DNA of 32,000 nucleotides from Dissulfurirhabdus thermomarina (GTDB lineage: Bacteria; Desulfobacterota; Dissulfuribacteria; Dissulfuribacterales; Dissulfurirhabdaceae). Made by a program: the position numbers and the translations under genes. The stretch lies in contig NZ_JAATWC010000004.1 in assembly GCF_012979235.1 (NCBI RefSeq), forward strand, positions 137,243-169,242, in the 5' to 3' direction. Shown piece after piece: positions 22,965 to 31,441 of the stretch. The notes under the pieces are model-generated. The model did not search any database. It had not been told where the DNA came from and saw nothing but the letters and a program-made list of their open reading frames with translations. Position 1 is the stretch's first letter. Each line of letters opens with the position of its first letter.

Positions 22965-23579
22965 ATGGCCGAGCGCTTCTTCACACGAGCCGCCCTGCGG
23001 ACGCTGGACGAGGCGGCCCGGGTCGCCGAGGACCTCACCAGCGACCACTTCCGGCTCACCAGCCGGGACTGGCGGCACATGCCGTACGAGATACGGACCC
23101 TCCGGGAGCTGGCCGCGTGGGAACACCCGGGGCGTGCCTTCGCCCACCTCGTCCGCTACGACCGGCCCCTCGAGGCCAAGGGATCGGGCGGGGACGCCCG
23201 GCACTTCTACCGGATATGCCTGCACGACGGCAACATACTGGCAGCCGCCGGCGGCGGACACAAGGCCCGCCTCCTGCCCTTCCTGGTCTACGTCCTGACC
23301 CACGAACTGGTCCACGTGGCCCGGTTCGGGAAGTTCGCCCACGGGTTCCTCTCGAATCGCCACCTCGAGGAAGAACGCCGGGTGGACAGGCTGACGCGGG
23401 AGATCCTGGCTCCCTGCCCCATCCCCGGGATGGGAGGAGTCCTCGGCCGTTTCTGCCCCGAGGAGGCCGGAGCCACCCGCCGGGAAGGTGACCCTCGAGG
23501 GCGCCAGATCCTTCCGATGCAAGGAGGTCGCAGTCCATGCCCATCTACGAGTACGAATGCCGGAAATGCCACAAGGTGA
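22965..23579 (+). CDS. Hypothetical protein with an HExxH motif (putative metallopeptidase-like)
   Basis: 204 aa. RBS GGAGGGG. Contains VYVLTHELVHVARF (HExxH). The 3' end overlaps the next gene by 43 nt, and the tail looks low-complexity. Confidence 0.55.
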   Translation: MAERFFTRAALRTLDEAARVAEDLTSDHFRLTSRDWRHMPYEIRTLRELAAWEHPGRAFAHLVRYDRPLEAKGSGGDARHFYRICLHDGNILAAAGGGHKARLLPFLVYVLTHELVHVARFGKFAHGFLSNRHLEEERRVDRLTREILAPCPIPGMGGVLGRFCPEEAGATRREGDPRGRQILPMQGGRSPCPSTSTNAGNATR

Positions 23580-23809
23580 CGGAGCACTGGCAGCGGATCT
23601 CGGATCCCCCGCTGGAGACCTGCGAGGCCTGCGGCGGGACCCTCACCAAGCTGATCTCCCACTCCTCCTTCCACCTCAAGGGAAGCGGGTGGTACGTCAC
23701 CGACTACGCCGGAAAGAAGAGCGGCTCGAGCGCCCAGGCGGAAGGCGGCTCCAAGTCCGAGGCCAAGTCGGCGACCAAGTCCGGCGCCTCATCGTCGGAC
23801 GACGCCTGA
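23537..23809 (+). CDS. FmdB-family zinc-ribbon protein (CxxC...CxxC)
   Basis: N-terminus MPIYEYECRKCHKVTE...CEACGG is the hallmark of the FmdB/putative regulatory zinc-ribbon family. Strong RBS AAGGAGG. Ser/Lys-rich tail. Confidence 0.85.
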   Translation: MPIYEYECRKCHKVTEHWQRISDPPLETCEACGGTLTKLISHSSFHLKGSGWYVTDYAGKKSGSSAQAEGGSKSEAKSATKSGASSSDDA

Positions 23810-23833
23810 GCCCGGCATCGGGCCGAAGCAACG

Positions 23834-23861
23834 GAGGGGGGGCGGCCCGCCCCCTCTTTTT
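23834..23861 (+). terminator. Rho-independent terminator
   Basis: GAGGGGG ... CCCCCTC stem followed by TTTTT, 25 nt after the FmdB stop. The repeat element starts immediately after the T-tract. Confidence 0.7.
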
Positions 23862-24049
23862 GATGGCCTTAAAAAGCCCTTTGAGTAGATGGCTCGGCAG
23901 AAATCGCCAAATGCAAGGCGCGCGGATGGAGAGGCGGGAATCGTCGAGGGCAAGGTGCGACCATCGCGGGGAACGAGGCGTCACCGGGGACTGCGAGGGG
24001 CCGAGGGGCTTGAAGCACCACCGTCATTGGTGATTCTCGCGACGCCATC
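23862..24049 (+). repeat. Mosaic intergenic repeat, locus 6 (B-type unit, forward)
   Basis: GATGGCCTTAAAAAGCCC...AAATCGCCAAATGCAAGGCGCGCGGATGGAGAGGCGGGAATCGTCGAGGGCAAGGTGCGACCATCGCGGGGAACGAGGCG...TCTCGCGACGCCATC. Collinear with 14568-14765 and with the reverse complement of 28809-29008. Confidence 0.85.
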
Positions 24050-24097
24050 CTTCTTGGACGTTGCGCCCAGTCCACCGGGCCCTCCCACGGAGCCGAC

Positions 24098-25024
24098 GTG
24101 AGCCACGATCCGCCAACGGAAGCCACCGGACCCGGCGCCTCTCCGGGCGGCGGGATATCGGACCTCAGCGCCAGCCGGCGCCGATACGAGATCGTCCGCC
24201 GCCTCGAATCCCTGCCCCCCTTCCCGGTGGTGGCCCAGCAGCTGCTCGCGGTCCTGGCCGACGACCCCAACAGCGTCAGCCGGCTGGAGCAGATCATCCG
24301 GCACGACCCCACCCTCGCCTCCCAGATCTTGAAGGTGGCCAACTCCGCGGCCTACGCCCCCACGGTCCCCATCGACACGGTGCACCGGGCCATCGTCTAC
24401 CTCGGCTTCTTCGAGATCCGGAACATCGCCCTGGGGCTCGCGGTCTTCAGCGTCTTCAAGCCCGGCCGCGCCGTCCGGGGCTTCGACGTCCGCCGTTTCT
24501 GGCACCACTCCATCGCGGCGGCCATGGTGTCGCGGATCCTGGCCACCGAGACGGGGGAGGCCGACCCGGAGGTCTTCTTCACCGCCGGGCTCCTCCACGA
24601 CATCGGCCGCCTGGCCATGAACGCCGCCTTCCGGGAGGAATTCCGGGAGATCCTCGACGAGGCGCGGGACCGGGAATCGTCCCTCCTGGCGGCGGAGAAG
24701 CGGGCCGGCCTCTCCCATGCCGTGATCGGCGCCTGGCTCGCCAGGAACTGGGGGCTCCCGGAGGTCTTCGTCCGGACCATCGCCGGGCACCACCTGCCCC
24801 CGGACCACCCGAAGTCCTCCCGCCAGGCCGCCCTCATCCAGATCGCGGACCAGGTCTGCCACGCGGCGGGCTTCGGCCTCTTCAAGCCGCCTCCGTGCCG
24901 TCTCGCGCCGCTGGCCGCCCACGTCGGCCTGGAGATGGAGGCCCTGGAACACATCCAGGAGGAGATCGAGGCCCTGGAAGAGATCTCCGAGACGGTGACG
25001 GACCTCATCGGGTTCCTGCAATGA
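24098..25024 (+). CDS. HDOD-domain signalling protein
   Basis: 308 aa. Contains LPPFPVVAQQLL, ILKVANSAAY and GLLHDIGRL motifs typical of the HDOD (HD-related output) domain. GTG start. Confidence 0.8.
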   Translation: MSHDPPTEATGPGASPGGGISDLSASRRRYEIVRRLESLPPFPVVAQQLLAVLADDPNSVSRLEQIIRHDPTLASQILKVANSAAYAPTVPIDTVHRAIVYLGFFEIRNIALGLAVFSVFKPGRAVRGFDVRRFWHHSIAAAMVSRILATETGEADPEVFFTAGLLHDIGRLAMNAAFREEFREILDEARDRESSLLAAEKRAGLSHAVIGAWLARNWGLPEVFVRTIAGHHLPPDHPKSSRQAALIQIADQVCHAAGFGLFKPPPCRLAPLAAHVGLEMEALEHIQEEIEALEEISETVTDLIGFLQ

Positions 25025-25030
25025 GGGTGC

Positions 25031-25050
25031 CGCCGGGGGCGCCCCCGGCG
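25031..25050. terminator. GC-only 20-bp palindrome between convergent genes (possible bidirectional terminator hairpin)
   Basis: CGCCGGGGGCGCCCCCGGCG occupies most of the 27-nt gap between the HDOD stop (25024) and the J-domain gene stop (25052). There is no T-tract. Confidence 0.35.
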
Positions 25051-25051
25051 C

Positions 25052-26047
25052 CTAGCTCCCCGTCCACCCCCGCAGCCGGCGCAGCAGGAGGAAGGCCTTC
25101 CGGAGACGGATGAACGCCTCGTGGGCGCCGCCGGTGTCGGGATGCGCGGCCCGGGCCTTTTGCCGGAAGAGCCGGGAAAACTCCCGGGCGGTCATGGCCT
25201 CGAAGCGTTCCCGGTCGAGTCCGAAGACCGCGAGCGCCGCCCCGGCCTCGTCCCGCGCCGGGGCCCCGCCCGCCGGGGCCCCGCCCCGGGGCGTGGCGTA
25301 GGCCACGTCGAACCAGAGGACGAGGTACTTCAAGAGGAAGGGCGGCAGGCGCCCGGCCGGGGTCGAGTCGGCCGGGTCCCTGAGGGCAGGCTCCTCCGCC
25401 AGCCGACAGATCGCCTCCAGGACGTAGCGGTCCATGAGGGCCGGATCCTGGGCGCCGGGGACGAACCGGGTGGGGCGGGGGGCGAACCGGGCCGGGAGAT
25501 CCATCACCGCGTAGAGGTAGTCCTTGAGCTCCCAGGGCCGCAGCTCGGCCTCCATCCGGTCGAGCCGCTGCTCGATCTCGTCGCGGGACTTCTCCAGGAG
25601 GAAGTTGTAGAAGGCCATGGGCCGCCGGAGGAGCGCCTCCATGTCGATCCGGCCGAACTTGAGGAAGCAGAGGCGGCGCCGGTCGAAGGGATGGATGCGG
25701 GCCTGGGCAGCGGCGAGCTCCGCCTCGGAGGGCCGGGGCGCCCGCCCCCCCGACCGCCGCCGGCCGGTGAAGTGGGCCACCGCGCGGCGCACCACAGGGT
25801 CGATGAAGACCTCGAAGACCTCCTCGAGTTCCTCGTCGCGGGGATGGACGCCAAGGGCCGCCAGCGCCTCGGTGACCCCGGGATCCACGTAGAATCCGTA
25901 GGCGCCCGTGTAGACGATGAACCGGCCGGGGTCCTCCCCGAGGTCGAAGAGATCCCGGCTCACCCACCGCCCGTCGGGGGCCCGGACGGACTCGCGGATG
26001 TAGTAGTGGAACGTCCCTCCCGGCCGCCGCTCGCGCGCAAGATACAT
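25052..26047 (-). CDS. Hypothetical protein with a C-terminal J-domain-like segment (HPD motif)
   Basis: 331 aa. C-terminus FSRLFRQKARAAHPDTGGAHEAFIRLRKAFLLL matches the J-domain helix II-HPD-helix III pattern. A GGAGGG RBS sits in the 12-nt gap after the ATPase stop. Confidence 0.55.
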   Translation of the reverse strand: MYLARERRPGGTFHYYIRESVRAPDGRWVSRDLFDLGEDPGRFIVYTGAYGFYVDPGVTEALAALGVHPRDEELEEVFEVFIDPVVRRAVAHFTGRRRSGGRAPRPSEAELAAAQARIHPFDRRRLCFLKFGRIDMEALLRRPMAFYNFLLEKSRDEIEQRLDRMEAELRPWELKDYLYAVMDLPARFAPRPTRFVPGAQDPALMDRYVLEAICRLAEEPALRDPADSTPAGRLPPFLLKYLVLWFDVAYATPRGGAPAGGAPARDEAGAALAVFGLDRERFEAMTAREFSRLFRQKARAAHPDTGGAHEAFIRLRKAFLLLRRLRGWTGS

Positions 26048-26059
26048 GGGGGTCCCTCC

Positions 26060-28711
26060 CTACCGGTACCGGATCCAGCCCCGCCGCAGGGCGGCCTTCT
26101 CCGCCTCCACGGCCAGGAACACCACGGTGGAGAGGGCCAGCGTCACCCCGAGCTCCACGGGGGTGAGGGCCCGGGTCCGGAAGAGGCCCTGGAAGAAGGG
26201 CAGGTAGACCACGAGGAGCTGAAGGGCCGTGCTCCCGGCCACGGTGGCGGCGAGGAACCGGTTGGAGAAGGGCCCCCAGGAAAAGAAGGAGGCCCGGTCG
26301 GACCGGATGGCCAGGGCGTGACCGAACTGGGAGAGGCAGAGCACCGTGAAGACCATGGTCTGCCAGTGCCACCCCTGTCGGATCGCCAGGGCCTGGGTCG
26401 TCAGGCAGACGCCGCCCATGAGCAACCCCACCACCAGGAGGTGCTGCCAGAGGCCGCCGGCGAAGAGGCTCTCTCCCGGGGGCCGCGGCGGCCGCCGCAT
26501 GACGTCGGGCTCCGCCCGTTCCAGGCCCAGGGCGAGGCCCGGCAGCCCGTCGGTGATGAGGTTGACCCACAGGATGTGGACGGGCAGGAGCGGCACCGGC
26601 AGCCCCAGGAACGGGGCGAGGAAAACGGTCCAGATCTCGCCGGCGTTGCTGGTGAGGGTGTACTTGAAGAACTTGCGGATGTTGTCGTAGATGCGGCGCC
26701 CCTCTTCCACCGCGCCCACGATGCTGGCGAAGTTGTCGTCGAGGAGGATCATGTCCGCCGCTTCCTTGGCGACGTCGGTGCCGACCTTCCCCATGGCCAC
26801 ACCGATCTCGGCCTGTTTGAGGGCGGGGGCGTCGTTCACGCCGTCCCCCGTCATGGCCACGGCCTCGCCCCGGCGCTGGAGGGCCGCCACGAGGCGGAGC
26901 TTCTCCTCCGGCGCCACGCGGGCATAGACCTGGACTTCCCCGGCCAGGGCCTCGAATTCCGCCTCGGACCGGGCCGCCAGCTCCGCGCCGGTCACCACGG
27001 CGTGCGTGGCCCCGCCCCGGACCAGGCCGATCCGGCGGGCGATGGAGAGGGCGGTGAGCGGATGGTCGCCGGTGATCATCACCGGCCGGATGCCGGCCTC
27101 GTGGCACCGGGCCACCGCGTCGGCCGCCTCGGGGCGGGGCGGATCCAGGGCGGCCGCCATCCCGAGGAATTCGAGCCCCTGCTCCACCACCCCGGGGGAG
27201 AGGTCGGCCGGCCGCTCCGCCCACCGCCGGCAGGCGAAGGCGAGGACGCGAAGCCCCTCGGCGGCCAGCGCCCGGTGGACACCGTCCGCCGCGGCCCGGT
27301 CGAGGCCCGGGCACATGGCCGCCACGGCCTCGAAGCCGCCCTTGGTGAGGGAGAGGAAACCGCCGCCGGGGACGGCGTGCACCGTGGTCATGGCCTGCCG
27401 TTGCGAATCGAAGGGGATCTCCCCGACCCGCGGGTGGAGGGCCTCGAGGTCGGCCTTCCGGCACCCGTGCACCGCCGCCCGTTCCACCAGGGCGGTCTCC
27501 GTGGGGTCGCCCGCGAGCCCCCCGGCCTCGTCCACGCCCACGTCGTTGGAGACGGCGAGGGCGAGACCGAGCCACCGCGCCGCCTCCGGCGTGTCCGGGC
27601 CGCAGAGGGGCCGGTCCGCCGGGATCTCGCGAAGGTCCGGGCCCACCAGGCGCTCCACGTGCATCCGGTTCTGGGTGAGCGTCCCGGTCTTGTCCGTGCA
27701 GATGGTGGTGACGGAGCCCAGGGTCTCCACCGCCGGCAGCCGCCGGATGAGCACGTGGCGCCGTACCATCTGCCGCGCCCCGAGGGCCAGGGAGATGGTG
27801 ACCACCGCCGGGAGCGCCTCCGGGACCGCGGCCACGGCGAGGCTCACGGCGGTGAGGAACATGAGCACGGGCTCCTCGCCCCGCCACAGCCCCGCCGCGA
27901 AGACCACCGCGCAGATGACGAGGGCCGCCGCCGCCAGGTTCCGCCCCACCCGGACGAGCCGCTTCTGGAGCGGGGTTCGGAGTTCCTCCGCCCCCTCCAG
28001 GAGACGGGCGATGTGCCCCACCTGGGTCGCCATGCCCGTGGCCACCGCCACGCCGCGGCCGCGGCCGTGGGTGACCCGGGTCCCCTTGAAGGCCATGTTG
28101 ACCCGGTCGCCCAGGGGGGTCCCGGCGGGAAGGACCACCTCCGCCGCCTTCTCCACCGGCTGGGACTCCCCGGTGAGGGGGGATTCGTCCACCTGGAGGG
28201 CGGCGGCCTCGACGAGCCGCAGGTCCGCCGGGACCACCTGGCCCGCCTCGAGCGCCACCAGGTCGCCCGGGACCAGGTCGGCGGCGGGGATGCGCCGGAG
28301 GACGCCCCCCCGGACCACCGTGGCCTCCGGGGCCGCCATGGCCCGAAGGGCCTCCATGGCGCGCTCGGCCCGGTACTCCTGGACGAACCCCACCACGGCG
28401 TTCAGGCAGACGATGACCAGGATGACCACGGTGTCCCGGGCCTCGCCGATGAGGCCGGAGACCACGGCGGCGACGAGGAGTAGCAGGATCATGGCGTCCC
28501 GGAACTGGTCGAGGGCCATTCGGACCAGGGACCGGCCCCGGGAGGCCCGGAGGCGGTTGGGGCCGTGGCGGGCCAGCCGCCGGGCGGCCTCCGCCTCGGC
28601 CAGGCCGCCCTCGGCGGCGCCGAGGCGCCGGAGGACCTCTTCCGGCGGCATCCCGTGGGCCGGCCGGGCCGGGTCGGTCTCGGGCACAGCTGTCATCCCG
28701 GTTTCTTCCAT
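26060..28711 (-). CDS. Cation-transporting P-type ATPase (type II, Ca2+/Mg2+-like)
   Basis: Contains PLTGESQPV (TGES), ICTDKTGTLTQN (DKTGT), MITGDHPLTA and MTGDGVNDAPALK motifs, with about 10 TM helices. Start is ambiguous between ATG 28711 and ATG 28696. Confidence 0.9.
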   Translation of the reverse strand: MEETGMTAVPETDPARPAHGMPPEEVLRRLGAAEGGLAEAEAARRLARHGPNRLRASRGRSLVRMALDQFRDAMILLLLVAAVVSGLIGEARDTVVILVIVCLNAVVGFVQEYRAERAMEALRAMAAPEATVVRGGVLRRIPAADLVPGDLVALEAGQVVPADLRLVEAAALQVDESPLTGESQPVEKAAEVVLPAGTPLGDRVNMAFKGTRVTHGRGRGVAVATGMATQVGHIARLLEGAEELRTPLQKRLVRVGRNLAAAALVICAVVFAAGLWRGEEPVLMFLTAVSLAVAAVPEALPAVVTISLALGARQMVRRHVLIRRLPAVETLGSVTTICTDKTGTLTQNRMHVERLVGPDLREIPADRPLCGPDTPEAARWLGLALAVSNDVGVDEAGGLAGDPTETALVERAAVHGCRKADLEALHPRVGEIPFDSQRQAMTTVHAVPGGGFLSLTKGGFEAVAAMCPGLDRAAADGVHRALAAEGLRVLAFACRRWAERPADLSPGVVEQGLEFLGMAAALDPPRPEAADAVARCHEAGIRPVMITGDHPLTALSIARRIGLVRGGATHAVVTGAELAARSEAEFEALAGEVQVYARVAPEEKLRLVAALQRRGEAVAMTGDGVNDAPALKQAEIGVAMGKVGTDVAKEAADMILLDDNFASIVGAVEEGRRIYDNIRKFFKYTLTSNAGEIWTVFLAPFLGLPVPLLPVHILWVNLITDGLPGLALGLERAEPDVMRRPPRPPGESLFAGGLWQHLLVVGLLMGGVCLTTQALAIRQGWHWQTMVFTVLCLSQFGHALAIRSDRASFFSWGPFSNRFLAATVAGSTALQLLVVYLPFFQGLFRTRALTPVELGVTLALSTVVFLAVEAEKAALRRGWIRYR

Positions 28712-28808
28712 GAGCGAAGGCGCGCCACGGCACCGATGCGAAGGCAGGTGAGTGCCGTAGGCACTGCCATCCAGGCTATCACCTGGATCCGTAGACGTAA
28801 GAACAGAT

Positions 28809-29008
28809 GATGGCGTCGCGGGCATCGCCAAGCGGAACGCTTGGCGGCGTTGTTTCCCATCGCATCGTCACTGCGGCGTACTTCGAGTACGCCTCGTTCC
28901 TCGCGATGGCCGCGCCTTGTGCTCGGCGATTCCCGCTGAGCCATCCGTGCCGTGCATCCGGCGATCTCTGCTCAACCATCCACTCAGAGGCCTTTTTACG
29001 AGGCCATC
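28809..29008 (-). repeat. Mosaic intergenic repeat, locus 7 (composite unit, reverse orientation)
   Basis: Its reverse complement reads GATGGCCTCGTAAAAAGGCCTCTGAGTGGATGG...GGAATCGCCGAGCACAAGGCGCGGCCATCGCGAGGAACGAGGCGTACTCGAAGTACGCC...CCAAGCGTTCCGCTTGGCGATGCCCGCGACGCCATC. Flanked by 21-nt imperfect direct repeats. Confidence 0.85.
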
Positions 29009-29120
29009 TTGTAATGGCTGGCACCGCCCTCCAGGCTACCATGCTTTCAGACCCTTGGCAGCCGCTCCTCCCGGCGGTAGGCTTCACGTTGAGCGGGGTC
29101 CCGGGTCCCCGCCGCCGTCC

Positions 29121-30113
29121 ATGGAACGAACCGCCGCCGACAGCCATCCCGCCCCCCGCATCGCCGTTGTGGGCCCCGGGGCGGTGGGGTGTCTCCTCGC
29201 CGCCTCCCTCCACCGGGCCGGCTTCCAGGTGGCCCTCCTGGACCACCGGCCGGACCGGGCCGCCCGACTCGCCGCCGGCCTCCGGGTCGAGGATCCCGGG
29301 GGCGGCCGCTGGGAGGCCGCGCCGGCCGTCTCGGCCGACCCCGCCCGCCTCCGCCCGCGGGACTGGATCGTGATCGCGGTGAAGCAGCCGGACACCGAGC
29401 GGGCGGCGGAGGCCGCCCGCGCCCTCTCCGCCCCAGGCGCCCTGGTGATCTCGCTCCAGAACGGGCTGGGACACGAGGCGGTGCTCGCCCGGGCCTTCGC
29501 CCCGGAGCGGGTCGTCCTCGGCGTCACGGCCCAGGGGGCCACCCTCGTGGGGGAGGGACGGGTCCGGCACGCCGGCCGGGGCGAGACTCGGATCGGTCCC
29601 CTATCCCCGGAGGAGATGCCGGCGGCCGGCCTCGCCCCCCTGGCGGCGGCCTTCTCCCGGGCGGGCTGGCCCACCCGGGTGGAGGCCGACATCCGGCCCC
29701 TCGTCTGGCGGAAACTCCTCGTCAACGTGGGGATCAATGCCGTGACCGCCCTCACGGGCCTCCCCAACGGCGCCCTCCTCGACCACCCGGAGACCCGGCG
29801 CCTCCAGGAGCTGGCCGTGGAGGAGGCCCGGCGGGTGGCCGGGGCCCTTGGAGTGCCGCTCGGGCTCACGCCCGAAGCGGCGGCGGAGCTGGTCCAGGAC
29901 GTCTGCCGGCGGACGGCCGCGAACCTCTCTTCCATGCTCCAGGACCGGCTCCGGGGCCGGGACACGGAGGTGGAGGCCATCAACGGCGCCGTGGTCCGCC
30001 TCGGGTGCGAGGCGGGGGTCCCCACCCCGGTGAACGAGGTCCTCTGCCACCTCGTGACGATCCAGAGCCGTCTCGGGCACCCGCCCCCGGGCCGGCCCGC
30101 TCCGCCCGCGTGA
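29121..30113 (+). CDS. panE: 2-dehydropantoate 2-reductase (ketopantoate reductase)
   Basis: 330 aa from ATG 29121. Contains IAVVGPGAVGCLLA (Rossmann), LQNGLGH, KLLVNVGINAVTAL and SSMLQD motifs typical of ApbA/PanE. Confidence 0.8.
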   Translation: MERTAADSHPAPRIAVVGPGAVGCLLAASLHRAGFQVALLDHRPDRAARLAAGLRVEDPGGGRWEAAPAVSADPARLRPRDWIVIAVKQPDTERAAEAARALSAPGALVISLQNGLGHEAVLARAFAPERVVLGVTAQGATLVGEGRVRHAGRGETRIGPLSPEEMPAAGLAPLAAAFSRAGWPTRVEADIRPLVWRKLLVNVGINAVTALTGLPNGALLDHPETRRLQELAVEEARRVAGALGVPLGLTPEAAAELVQDVCRRTAANLSSMLQDRLRGRDTEVEAINGAVVRLGCEAGVPTPVNEVLCHLVTIQSRLGHPPPGRPAPPA

Positions 30114-31441
30114 GGCCCGTCACCGTCCGGATCGAGCGGCTCGTCCCGGGGGGCCGCGGGCTGGCGCGGCTCCCGGACGGCCGGGTGTGCTTCGTGGAGG
30201 GGGTGTTGCCCGGGGAGCGGGTGGCGGTGCGGCCCCGCCGGGCGGTGGGAGACTGGACCCCGGCGGACCTCGTGGAGGTCCACGCGCCCTCTCCGGACCG
30301 CCGCCCCCCGCCCTGCCCCCATGCCCATGCCTGCGGCGGCTGCCCCCTCTCCCACGCGCGGGAGGCGGCCCAGCCCGGGCTGAAGGCCGAGATGATCTCC
30401 GACGCCCTCCGGCGTATCGGCGGGATCCCTCCGGACGCCCTCGCGGCCTTCCACCCCGCCCCGGAACCCCTCGGCTGGCGGCACCGGGTCCGCCTCCAGG
30501 TATCGGAGACCGGGGCGACGGGCTTCTTCCGCCGGGGCAGCCACCAGGTCCATCCCGTGGAGGCCTGCCGGCTGGCGATCCCCGCCGTCCAGGGGGCCCA
30601 GCGGCGTCTGTCCGCCCTCGCCGCCTGGCGCCGGCTGGCCCGGATCTGCCGGAGCGTCGAGATCGTGGGCGACCCGGCCGACCCATACGGCGCCCCTTGC
30701 CACCTGGTCCTCCGGGGCCGGGGGCGGGCCCGGCCCCGCCGGCGGGATCTGGAGGCGCTTTCGGCCGAGGGGGGCTTCCGCGGGGTGGTCTGGCTCCCCG
30801 GCGGCCCGGCCCCGGCCCTCTCGGCCGGGGCCCCGACCTGTTCCTGGCCCTACCGGGAGATCCCCGGCGTCCCGGCGCCCTTCGAGATCCTCGCCTCCCC
30901 CGCCTGCTTCACGCAGGTCAACTGGCCCATGAACCTCGTCCTCGTCCGCCGCCTGGTAAAGGTGATCCGCCGCGCCGGGGCCCGGACCGTCCTGGATCTC
31001 TACTCGGGCATCGGGAACTTCTCCCTGCCGCTGGCCACCGCCGGGCTCCGCGTCCAGGGCGTGGAGACGGACCCCGCCGCGGTGGCGGCCGCCCGGGAGG
31101 CCGCCCGGCGGCTCGGCCTCGACCCCCGCGCCGCCTTCCGGTGCGCCCGGGCGGAGGATGTCGCCCGGGAGCCCCTTGAACCGCCGCCGGACGTCCTCCT
31201 CCTCGACCCCCCGCGGCGCGGCGCGGGGGAGATCCTCCCGGCCCTGGCCCGGGGCCGCCCCCGCCTCGTGGCCTACGTCTCGTGCGACCCGGCCACCCTG
31301 GCCCGGGACCTGCGCCGGCTCCTCGCCGAAGGCTACGCCCTGGGCCGGGTGGAGGGGTTCGACCTCTTCCCCCAGACGGCCCACGCCGAGTGCCTGGCCA
31401 TCCTCTACCGGGACGGCGCCGAGGACGCCCCAACCGCTTGA
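30110..31441 (+). CDS. TRAM-domain, Fe-S-containing RNA (uracil-C5)-methyltransferase (RumA/RlmD-like)
   Basis: GTG start in a GTGA overlap with the panE stop. N-terminal TRAM-like segment VRIERLVPGGRGLARLPDGRVCFVEGVLPGERV. Cys cluster CPHAHACGGC. SAM motif VLDLYSGIGNF. Also has DPPRRG and the catalytic YVSCDP. Confidence 0.8.
   Translation: MRPVTVRIERLVPGGRGLARLPDGRVCFVEGVLPGERVAVRPRRAVGDWTPADLVEVHAPSPDRRPPPCPHAHACGGCPLSHAREAAQPGLKAEMISDALRRIGGIPPDALAAFHPAPEPLGWRHRVRLQVSETGATGFFRRGSHQVHPVEACRLAIPAVQGAQRRLSALAAWRRLARICRSVEIVGDPADPYGAPCHLVLRGRGRARPRRRDLEALSAEGGFRGVVWLPGGPAPALSAGAPTCSWPYREIPGVPAPFEILASPACFTQVNWPMNLVLVRRLVKVIRRAGARTVLDLYSGIGNFSLPLATAGLRVQGVETDPAAVAAAREAARRLGLDPRAAFRCARAEDVAREPLEPPPDVLLLDPPRRGAGEILPALARGRPRLVAYVSCDPATLARDLRRLLAEGYALGRVEGFDLFPQTAHAECLAILYRDGAEDAPTA

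Noticed and set aside
25005-28733. 1242-aa minus-strand ORF and 1120-aa plus-strand ORF (25121..28483) covering the ATPase / J-domain region
   Set aside because: These are low-complexity shadow frames of the well-supported P-type ATPase (DKTGT, TGES, GDGVNDAP) and the J-domain gene. They have no motifs of their own.
5089-29008. Possibility that the recurring intergenic repeats form a CRISPR array
   Set aside because: The copies are kilobases apart, separated by genes, in both orientations, 40-320 bp long and mosaic. There is no regular repeat-spacer periodicity and no cas genes in the window.
29019-29033. Sigma54-like TGGCAC-N5 motif upstream of panE
   Set aside because: The -12 element reads TCCA rather than TTGC. 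The similar left-flank copy (AGGCAC-N5-TCCA) also lacks it. This is better explained as part of the 21-nt direct repeat flanking the element.
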